Of a stretch of 64,000 nucleotides of DNA, positions 11,852 to 23,104 are shown piece by piece. The position numbers and the translations under genes were made by a program. The stretch comes from Ruditapes philippinarum (taxonomy: Eukaryota): contig NW_026865278.1 in NCBI RefSeq assembly GCF_026571515.1, positions 124,001 through 188,000 on the forward strand, given 5' to 3'. A model generated the notes under the pieces. That model searched no databases. It was given only the letters and a program-made list of their open reading frames with translations, and was not told the origin of the DNA. Numbering within the stretch: position 1 is the first letter of the stretch; the number at the start of each line of letters is the position of its first letter.

Positions 11852-14800
11852 TTATCTAAGGTTCACATCATAATGTGGTCTAATTACATGTGTGTATATC
11901 ACATAGCCGGCAATAATAAGAATGCCGAGGACCACACTAGAAATCAGCATATTTCGAGAGTGGTTTGACATTATCCTCGCATCTTCCATGTGCCCTTTAC
12001 TCGCTAGAGAACTTGCCTGTGAAAGAAAACAAAACACATTATTTATAACATTTGGCTAACGTTAGTTAATATAACCCGATTGGTTACATGTCTTTTATTA
12101 CATAACTTAAAAAACGACTGCAAAGACAACAACAAATAAACAATAAAATATCACAATTTATCTTAATTTCTTTATGATTTCACGTACTATTCTCATGTAA
12201 ATCAAAGAGAGCATGTTTTTATCAAAAAATTTAAAAAAATTTAAGAACTGTTGACAAAGTTGCTTTTATTTGAATTATTTTTAAACCTGAAATTTCTGTT
12301 CGTTAAGTTTTTTCCCTCTATAGCCAAATACGTATATCATTTCTCAACAGAGCGTCGTGTCTGACAGTGCAACTAGATAGGTTTACACAAAGTATTAAAG
12401 CACAATTCTCAACAGCGTTTAAATGAATAAAATTTGTGCATAACTTCTTCATAAATTATTCATCATAACAAACAAATTAAATTTTATACTTTACCACGCA
12501 AGAGAAATAAATTGCAGCAATTCCTGTGGGCCAGAAACAGCACAAACAAGCCAGAATTGACGGGCATAGATAGTCTGGTGGCTTCTGTTGACTCGCACCA
12601 ACAACCTGAACAGGTACAGGCTGGCAAACAACCTATTGCAATAATACTAAAATTTATATTGTTCCGGTTGTTAGGACTTTATATTCAAACAAGAAGAACT
12701 TTGTCAATCAGACGTATATTCTCTTTTGTACAGTTTATATGATAACTTTCAACCTGTATTTCAATGATATGCAATTAAACTACAAGAACATGAATAATTC
12801 AATAAATAAAATTTAAAACCAAACTAACAAAAAGGCTCACAATAACTTAGCATAAACAAATCTTTATATGCCACAAATAAATAAAAAACTTCCTGAAAGA
12901 CTTGTCTGTACTTGCTGGCAAGAAATTTGTACAAAAACAATTCGTTTCATGATTTCACACATACACAAATACCGTTAGATTATATACGTAGAAATATTTA
13001 AAAAAGAAAATTTTACAAATATACCACTTGGGACATTCCCTTTTCAGATCCTCCATTTGGTTGGATATTTGGGATGTAACCAGACTGTGCCTGTAAAGGT
13101 TGATATCCTGGTTGGTAAGTGTATCCGTCTACGGTCGGATGTGGAAGTGGTTGGTGAGCGGGAAACTGCACAGTACTTGGCGTCTCAAGTTGAGAATCGT
13201 CTGTTGCTGCTTCATAGGGTGGAGGAAGATCAGACTTGGAATCTTTAATATAGAAAACGAGCTATTTTAGTTGGTTAATTAGTTAGTAAGTTCGTTCGTT
13301 CGTTCGTTAGTTAGCGAAGTTAGAATATTGCAATAAAAATGAACACAACATTTGCATGTCAGAAATCACACAGGCTAGAAGTTTGTGTCTCACATTCCTG
13401 TCTCAAAGATTAAAGACACATTTTATAGTCATATTATTATTAACAAGTATAATATATTTGAGCAAAACATGTTCTTACAGCTAATGCAATATTTTGAATA
13501 CTTTACGTTAGGTAGCTGTGGATTCTTTTATGTGAGGAAGCTATAGAACGTCGGTGGTTCTAAACAGGTGACCGCTGTATAGTATATAATGTACAAAGGG
13601 GTCAACAGAAAAATCGAAACAGATACTAACAAATAAGCATTCACCTGAAAAAAATGTACTATTAACACTCTAAATATCTTAAACGGACTTTTTAGTGTGG
13701 ACAAAAGTGTTAATTGATCCTTTCACATTTAACAATACGTGACTGAATAGCGAAAGTTCATAAGCTAGCTATATAGCTAGCTTCTTTCTATAAGGACCTG
13801 GCTGAATGAAGGGGCACCATTACTTATGTCTTCCTCCACAGGTAAAGTTAGAATGCCGCCATAGTGTCCTTGTGACATAAAATCCCAACACAAAATTACC
13901 TTGTTTTTTAATTGAACTTTTAATTGAACTTAATAGTCAAGATATTTCTCTTTCATTGTGCGCTTCTAATGGATATTGTTAAACTTCCTCTAAAGCGAAT
14001 TTACTATAAAGAAAAAATATTTTGACCTTGAATATTTGATTATGCTTTCTTGGGTGCCAATATTGGATTTTAGTAACATTCTTTAAAGAAGAAGAAAAAG
14101 AAGAACGTTTATTTCACTTAAACTACAAGTTTCTCGTGATTAACATATATACAAGCATACATATATAATGACATGAAAAATACAATGACATGAAAGCAAA
14201 CATAATAATTCTATTTAAATTTAATTGCGTATGCAAATATTTTGACGGATGGTAGACCTGCAGGACAGTTGAATGTACCTAGCTCTAAATTCACCTGTTT
14301 ATCAAAATGATGCATAGTGGATGACAACGCCTTTGTTATGAGACAGTTTATTTAAGTAGCATTTAACTATGCAGGACACACACATTTCTTTAAAAAAATT
14401 ATTCCTTTTCTCTATATGTTTGGTAGTTGATGACAGACCAAAAGTTAAGACCCTAGAAAATGATAACGCTTTGGTGGCTGATTTCTGCCATTCGATTTTT
14501 CGCCTTACAACCCCGCCAAGCGAAAGTCGAGAATAAACAAGTAAAAATGACGGGGGCGCGGGGCAAAGTTTAAAAAAGAAAAGCCAAAAGATTTAATAAA
14601 AGTAACGAACTTGTAGGCGGGGCGAAGTTTGTGTGTGTAGTGGGGAGGGGGCAATGGAAAGGAAGGAGAGGGAAACTTATTAAACATCAATACACATTGA
14701 TTACAGGAAATCATTTTTTAAATTAAAAGTGTACCGAACCTCAATTTTGTTTATTTCTATAATACAAAACAGTATCAATAAGCTAATTCCCCGCCAAGCG

Positions 14801-16703
14801 ATATTCTAACAAATGTCATAATTACACAGGATGAAATAATAAAAAAAAAACCCACAAAAATGACCATGTAAATACAATGAGTAGACCAAATGACCATAGC
14901 AAATGTACTCAATGTATTTAAGAAAGGCATCACAGCCAAATACCATGCATGTGCTGCTACAAGTCGGCTACGACAAAAAAAAGAAAACGAAATCAATTTC
15001 ACTTTTAATGGGTTTCAACAACTGCCAATCGTAGTCTTGCACCTTGATTTGATTAAAAGTGGAAAGCGTTGCGTCTAACTTTTAGCGTGTTTTCATATCA
15101 AGCATCCACAGTGTTTCATTATAATTGAATCATGGCACGATTCATGATTTGATAATTTCAACAAAAACAAATGTAAAAATACCATAACCCAAAATCATAC
15201 GCAGTTTATAACAAAGCACTTTTGGACCTCAATTTTTACAAAGCATGTATGTCACAAAGTATGACATATACTTGCGACTACTTAAATTACGGTCGCACAA
15301 AAAAATCATACGAACATAAAACTATATGTGTCACACCTCAAAATCTAATTAAAAGGGTGAAAAATATATGATTATTTTAGTTCGTACGCATGTGTCACAC
15401 CTGCAAGTAAAGGTTTTGTCTCACATCATAGTCTCAAAGAACGGCACTTATGGTTTGCCCACCGTTCGTCTGTTCACACTTTTGTCCTGGTCATGTGTAT
15501 GTTATGCTCTTAGGAACTTACATTATATCTAGTGTTAAGAACCTTTATGCGCAGTGTTGGAGTAAAATTTGTTTAATATAAACATGTACTGCAGTATGCA
15601 TATTATTGCTCTGATATGCGCCATGAAATTAAATACCAAATCAGTGAAAACAGGTACATGATTGTGGGCAGATGGGGTACATGTAGTATGAAGGCATTAT
15701 ATAACATAATTTTATGTTGTCATTTTATCAGGTTATTTTATTGTTGTTTATTTTGCATGGAAATGAAATGAGGAATAAATGTGATAAAAATATATAGACC
15801 CTTTCCTTCGGATTATAAAATGATGCCAATGTAACAAATAAAACTATTTTAACTATTCATTTGCATGTTTAATAATGCCAATGGTTGCAGCCTAGTCAAA
15901 TTTTATACTCTATATGTTCTATCGTAAATCAGTTATATCTAAGACTTAATTCTGGAGTCAACTGTTCTTGATGAGTTAAAAACTGTGTTCAACTTTAAAC
16001 ATCAACACTATCTTAGTGAATTGAGGCCCGAAATAGAATAAGCTAGCATTCTACTCGTTTTCAGTAATCTTAATTCTGTTGTAACACTGATAAAATTCAC
16101 CACTTTAAAATCTCTTGCTGACGGGTTGTACATCTTAAATCCTTTCTGGTCAAAACAATTCTTAAAGTCATATAATAAACAAAAACTACAAAGATGCACG
16201 CCGTGTGACAATTGCGTTTTGTGAAAATTGAGGTTCAACAAAGGAAATCTTAATATATGAGATTGAAAACGGGACTTATTGGAGGAGTACATTATGTATT
16301 TAGATCTAATATGGATGTTTTGGACTCTTAAAATGAATATGAGACCTAACTAATACAATATAATCCAAAAGTGATCCAATGATAATTCATATTATGCAAA
16401 CATGACTGAAAGCATCTCGTAAAGGTTGAAATTAAACGTGATATACTGTATATACATGTAGATTGATAATATTTATTTTAACCGAAACCGGAAGTTTAAA
16501 TAAAACACATTTTTAAACATTTTTTTAAAGAATGCATATTAAGTGTGTCATTAGAGTAATGCTTACCACTTAATTATTCTTTATTAAATTATCTAGTTTT
16601 TAAATGTTTAAATTTAATACTAGTTAACACCAAATCACACGTGTAGGATATGTTAGAATAAGCGGAATTATAAATGGTATAAATTTAAGATGAACTTACC
16701 CAT
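11852..16703 (-). CDS. CD225/dispanin family (IFITM/PRRT1-like) membrane protein, copy 2, about 174 aa, 4 coding exons
   Basis: Exons 16703-16700, 13242-13025, 12632-12495, 12016-11852. The first three exons have the same sizes as copy 1 (4/218/138 nt). ORF 11852..12037 contains the last exon, ending RPHYDVNLR*. Confidence 0.9.
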
Positions 16704-17510
16704 TAGATTGTCAGTACTCATTTTCAATTGCTGGAAACTTAGATAGTCATTGAAACACAATGATTTTACTTGTCTTTAAACGAAATGTCCGCACTCCTTT
16801 AACCTCGAATGTTTTAAGATTTTTTGCGTTGTTGATCGGTAATAAATGCATAAAAGAAACATGATATCTGGGTCACGTGATACTTTAATTGTGCACTAAG
16901 TTATTTATATACTACACTCTGTCATCGATCGGAAAATGTTAAACAATAAAATATTATTAATAACAATGTAAATATTTTTGTTGTTAAGTGTATGGCAGTA
17001 ATAAACATAAAATTAAGTCGGTAAATAATAACGCTACAATGAATACCCTTTGTGGTATATTTCCTTATGCGTCCTTTCCCACAAGACAGTCCAGACAAAG
17101 CAATAATTGTTGCATTAAATATATTTATAAATGTACTGATTTTTTTCATTTATTCTGTTTAAGTTTAGAGACTGACATTCATTGAAACAGGTGATTTAAC
17201 ATTTCCTTAAACGCGAGGATAAAAACTCTTAAAGTTACTCCCGTGCCATTATTATATTAACTGATTTCGTTAGTGCATGTTTACACTGAAAATACATATG
17301 TTTGACGTTTTAACAGTTTATCAGTTTATTGAAAATACCAGGCCTCTTAGAGGCATCAGTCACATATACAAGAATATACATAGAATGTGAATTATCATAA
17401 AAAGATTTCCACAAAATATACTTATGTACTAGATGGCATATACAAATCCAAACCATGAAAATTAGCTTAGTTATCAGTTACTTAAATGCTAATATTTTTT
17501 TACAAAATAC

Positions 17511-17802
17511 TATGGTGGCTGATTTGGAACGCTTCTATGCGTCGTGTTGGCGCTAGCGAAAACACGACAAAGCCCCAAACGGCGCGTTTGGAAACTTTCG
17601 TCTTGTCGTTATGTCGCTAATGATGCACGCCAAACGGCGCGTTGTCGTGCGGCGTGTTGTCGCGATGTCGCATTGTCGCTTGGTTCAAATCGAAGGATTG
17701 GCTTATAAGCCAAGCGACCGGGCAACATCGCGACAACGCGCCGCACAACAACGCGACGTTTGTCGACAACGCAACGCGCAGTGTACCAAATCAGCCACTA
17801 TA
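17511..17802. mobile_element. About 290 bp CpG-rich MITE with about 20 bp TIRs
   Basis: TATGGTGGCTGATTTGGAAC at the left end and GTACCAAATCAGCCACTATA at the right end. Internal inverted repeats CGCGTTGTCGTGCGGCG / CGCCGCACAACAACGCG. Confidence 0.8.
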
Positions 17803-18323
17803 GAATACTGCAAGTTTTAACAGTATACTCCTATCTGTGCTATTCAATAACATAGAAAACTTGATTGAATTGACATTAGTACTATATACTCTCTAGTAAT
17901 ATATTTTCTTTTTTCAGTATCAAGAATTGGCAATTATATAAGTAATGATATTTATCTCCAAGTGAGCTAGTATGCACAAGCATTGCTTCGATCCATCCCT
18001 TAACATGTAAATTATTCCTTTGAATTTGAATATTTTTTCTTTTCTTAAAATCTAATTACAAATTTCTCTAGTTTAATTTCTTTGAAGTCAAATCGTAAGT
18101 TAGGGGTTCTAAATTTGAATGATACCTCTTTCATATAAAATTCCGGGAGCTTTATTTATTGATACCTCTAGTATAACTTAAGGAGGCCTATGTCTTTTAA
18201 GATACATCTATTAAAACTCTCGTGATAGATATTTGTATAGGAACGCAATTTCAGTGTAATCGCAAAGGCAGAGCAATAAAATGATAGAACAAAATAACAA
18301 CGAATTTTAACAAATTTATTCAA

Positions 18324-21300
18324 TTATGGGTTCATTAAATTAGCAATTGCAGGTTTCAATGAGCTTGGGAGGAGCACGTGATCTATAATGTGGATGACTC
18401 CATTTGTCGCACTGATATCTTTTGAAGTCACACGTGCACCATCGACACTAACCTGATAACCTGAAAAAAATGTAACATTCGTAATTTTATTTATTTTTAT
18501 AATCTGCTCCATATCTTATTTTCCAAAAATACATTATCATTCAATTGTTTTGATTGTCAAGGTACTAACTACATACGGTTAACTGTCATTTCATAACTTT
18601 AATTAGTATTTTTATTTCAAAGTTCAACCTTGGCGATTTTAAAACATTGTACCACACACAAATGCTAGTCTTGTCAAAACAAAATTAAAGATGAAATTGT
18701 ATCTAATATTAATTTCTTGCTTGAAAAGAAAACCTAAACTTCTTTGAATTGAGACGACTTATTAGATAAGAATGTCTATACCTCCAAAAGAAGCAACAAG
18801 TCTTTCACTGTCTACAGCTTCTAATGTATGCAGAGCTCCAGAGTGCATGCCAGTACTATACAGAGTTCCATGTACCACATGGTACAGAAGAATTGCTGAA
18901 ATGGTAAGAAAAATGCAAAACTAATAGATTACTAGATTCAATTCAGAACTGTTATTATCTCTACGCGCAGTAATCATAGTAAAGCTCGTTAAGACATAAA
19001 CGACTGTTAGCTCACTGTCTTCTTTCTTATTATTGAGACAGTATCAAATCAGTATAAGGAATAAAAGAATAAACGCCACGAAAAGAATCTATTTCAGTAG
19101 TTTTGATATATATATATATATTGCAGTAAAACACAAAAATACAGACATGTACGAAGATAAAATTGCTAATGTATTAAACTTAATTGTGGTGTGTGATCTA
19201 TCTAGAATGCCGTGACAGCCTTTTTAACATTTGAAATCAATTAAGTTGGACTAATATTACTAGGTATATACATGCCAAAATCATAGGACACGATGAGAAA
19301 TGGTCAACACTATAATAATTATAATACTAAATATTTTTGACTTTTGTTGTTGTTGTTGTTTTTATAACATTATAAAATGGATCATAAATGAACCTACCTT
19401 TGGTACCCTACCATAATATATTATCCATTTTATTATGAGATATACTATTAAAAGTTTTATTTACATTGCAGAAGGTCTGTATTTCCGAGAAGTGCCTGTA
19501 CGGTGTCGTTTCCAAGACGATCAAATGCTGAGTTTTTAGGTGCAAACAGTGTGTACGGTCCGTCTGGAATCAAAATAAGATAGGAAAATAGTTCTGACGC
19601 AATTGTAAACAGATGCAGTTTAACTTTCGAATAAATAGTATATCTTGTTTTTCTGTCCACTTCTAGCGTGCAACATAGTTGATTTAGTGTGCATGTAGCA
19701 ACAATACGTCATATTCATCCGAATATAGCACCCATGGTAGACTTGGTTGAACTATTCGCTTGTGTAACAATTTCGATTTGTACGGGCCAACTGAGCTTTT
19801 GTATTCATTTTTAGTGAATTTATGTCATCAGAATTTGGCAATACAAGTTCATGCGAAGCTAAATTTACCCTGAAGTAATTTGATATTAAAACAATTACTA
19901 CAATTACTGATTCTAACTAAATCCATGTCATATAAGCACAATGTTGCAAAATCATTTCATGACTATAAAGTTAACCATGGTCACTTATTTTAAACCGGCC
20001 ATTTTATATACGTTTATTTTAAACCGGCTATTTTATATATATACGTCAGTAAATAAAATATGGCACTCACCGGCTAAGGCACTGGTAAGTCCGGCGGCAT
20101 CAACTGCGGCTTTAAGTGTTGAAAGGTCTGGGTTTGATGCTAGAATATCAGCAATGGTTCCACTTGGTGGCATCATCACGTGATCTATGATATGAACGAT
20201 ACCATTGCTGGCCTTGAAGTTGGCACTTATAACACGTGCACCATCAACTGCTATGTGCTAGAAATAGGGTAAAAACATAATTTGTTTGCTTTTGTTTTAG
20301 AGTTGGAAAAACCGTAATGAACAGCGACCTTAATGTAACCTACGTAGAGAGATTTTATGTTCAAATCTCAACTAGTTTTAGATAACATATTTATAACAGA
20401 ATCAAAAAGTTGTAACAATGTTTTGTGAGTAACAAATAATATGGAATATTTTACAATTTATCACCTGTTTCCATAGGATGCCCAGTCTCAATAATAATTA
20501 TGGTGGAATTGCATCATTGTAAGAAAATGGATAGTATCAGACAAATTGTTTTGTTTATTTTTTTCAACGCGGTCGACGCGAAAATAACAAAAACCCTAGC
20601 CATTTTATGTGGCCTATTTTATGGTCGATAATCCTAAGTTATATGCAATCAACCGTTCACTGTTATAACCAACCCAACCTTTCAAAAGTCTGCATAATGA
20701 CTTTATAGATAATTTGAATTACGATAATATAAATATCACGATTATCCAATGAAATCGATGTTACAAAGGTAACAGCAATGAATATTCAATAACCAATAGG
20801 CAATATCATTAAACTTTAAACATAACAATTATCTAATGGAAATCGACTTTGAAAACGTGCAGCATTCTGGTAAAATATTTAGCGCAGTCAAAGATTTAAG
20901 TACAGTTAAATGCTATTATGGATAATTTGTATCACGGAATTTGTGCCAAAGGATATGCAGATAGAGTGTAAGAGTCCATCCATTAAGAACTGACTACATT
21001 ATGGGAATACTTGGTTGGTCTTCCCATCTACGTTATATAATGCAATAAGAAAACACAATTTTGTACTAGGCCTGTTTTGGAATAGAGATATTTTGAGATA
21101 TATTGCATGTCTATCTTATAATGTCTGATGAGTTAGAGTCGATGACTTCTAATCCAGTTACCTCTCTGGCGTGGGTCCGATTCCCGGGAGCTGCTTTGGT
21201 AGTTTAGCGCGGAGGTAGGTAATCTAGTACTGGTGTAACTCTCCAGGAACGATGGTTAGGAAACTACTCGCCTGTATGACCGAAATACTGTTGGGAAAAG

Positions 21301-22660
21301 GCGTAAAATGAAACAAACAAACACAGTCTGACGAGTTCTAGGTGCTAGCTAGGGAATGTGTATATACATATATGTGTATACATAGGGATATAAAATATCA
21401 ATACCTTGTTGTACATGTAGTAATTGACCCGAATCTTTTGTTGATTCAAGCTGTCTAACATCATTTCGTTAACTGTCAAATTACCGGAGGAATAAATGCC
21501 AGGGACTACATGATATTTGAGAATTTCAGCCAGTTTGGCGGGATCATTCTTCAACGCATCCAATGTGCTCGTCCCCAGTCTGCGGAAAGCTGTTTCACTT
21601 GGTGCAAAAATGGTAAATGGGCCTGAAATTCATAAGAAAATGCTATTCAACATTCAAAATATAGGTCAGGCGAATTCGTTTAAGTGTTGGCTATTTTCTT
21701 TTTGTAAATTAATAATGAAAGTCGATGTAAATTCCAATTAAATCAGCATGTTACCATATCTATATAATTATATATTCACATCATTTTTTGTTATCGACGT
21801 ACTCTATCTCTTTGTATGTGATTTAAACTTTTGAACTAACGATTTTTTGTTATGTTTTACTCTTATTGCGGCAGATGGCTTCAAACACAGGTGTTCTATG
21901 TTGCTGATGTTTAGGACTGTTTATATTGTAATTACAAAATCTAAGTATCTATATAACCAGTATTACTTTGTATGTGATCAAATTATCATACAACAAGCAT
22001 TGCTGGTAACAGTGCTAGACGGGCTTTAAGCTGTTTTTGTTACGTAGAGAATAGACTTCGGGAATGTCCTAGAAATATATTTTGACTACACATTTACTGC
22101 ATTACATTTTGGACTTTGGAAAGTATACAGTTTTTCAAGGTTTTTGGAATAAAAGCTTTTTATAAGTAACATGTCATCGAACAATTAAGTGACATAAAGT
22201 AAGTTCTACCTCGATTTCTAGCTAGATTTAAAAGTTTAACGTCCTCAACAAGTAAGAATAAAAATCTGGAGCATATTTAGTTAGGTCTGAATTGTCATAC
22301 TACAGAACATATTATGACACATATGTGACAACTGGTGTTAACAAACCCTATAACAAGTAGAGAAACTGATAGCGAACAGCATGGATCCTGATCAGACTGC
22401 GCGGATGAGCAGGCTGGTCTGGATCCATGCTTGTTCGCAAACGCATTACGTTGGTTTTTACATGACGTGGCTAAAAATCATCATGATCATTGCGTTACGG
22501 TTTAATTAAGCGACATACCATCTCCGGAAAGTGCTTGCTCCAGACCAGCTGCCTGTATAAGGCTCAACAATGTGGGCTCCCTTCTTGTCTTCAAAACATC
22601 AACAACTGTTGCAGACAGTGCTCCAGCTACACAAGCAAAAAGAATAAATAATTTCGCCAT
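18324..22660 (-). CDS. Secreted fasciclin (two FAS1 domains; TGFBI/periostin-like family) protein A, about 298 aa, 6 exons
   Basis: Exons 22660-22519, 21622-21405, 20257-20071, 19563-19465, 18895-18782, 18460-18324 (897 nt; intron phases 1,0,1,1,1). Signal peptide MAKLFILFACVAGALSA. FAS1 H1 motifs GPFTIFAPSETAF and GPYTLFAPKNSAF; YH motifs LKYHVV and LLYHVV; H2 motifs ASNGIVHIIDHVM and ATNGVIHIIDHVL. Confidence 0.93.
21130..21321 (+). mobile_element. tRNA-derived SINE remnant in an intron
   Basis: B-box-like GGGTCCGATTCCC, an AGTACTGG..CCAGGAAC core shared with the other SINE copies here, and an AAAC-repeat tail. Confidence 0.5.
22343..22472. mobile_element. Partial copy of MITE family B (see 45507-45742)
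   Basis: GCGAACAGCATGGATCCTGATCAGACTGCGCGGATG..CAGGCTGGTCTGGATCCATGC is shared with 9266-9320, 32937-33116 and 45507-45742. Confidence 0.8.
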
Positions 22661-23104
22661 CTTTCTTGGCTCTTCCTTTACAATATGAAATTTAATAACT
22701 AGTGAACTTTTAAAACGATGTACTAGACTAATACTCTTATCTATGCAATATATCTGAAAATGGAAAACAGTGATGTAAGAAAGGCTAACTTAAATGTGCA
22801 GTAGATAAGAAATAAAATTTGTCCTACCGCAAAAATTGAAAAAAGGGTCACGACAGGGATTTTCTTATGAAATAGCCTACTGTTTGACGGTGTCTCGTTT
22901 TATATTGTTAATTGTCTTATGCCTTAAAATTTGGTTTCCCTTCAGTGTGCCTAGAGAAACCTTGATATACGTGCCATTCTATCACGTTTTATAATTTCTG
23001 ACGAAGCTTTCTTATCTCTTCGCTTTCAATACAGATAAACGAGTGTAAAATTTCCTTAACTATCTCACTTATAATTTTTGATCGCTTAGAAGAACGAAAT
23101 TAAT
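22661..23104. promoter_or_regulatory. Putative bidirectional promoter between the divergent fasciclin genes
   Basis: Only 444 bp separate the two start codons on opposite strands. Upstream non-coding exons cannot be excluded. Confidence 0.5.

Larger units (their letters stand above)
9489..17552. repeat. Tandem segmental duplication, copy 2
   Basis: Colinear with 575-9265 apart from indels and the copy-1-specific insertion 2551-3609. Confidence 0.95.
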
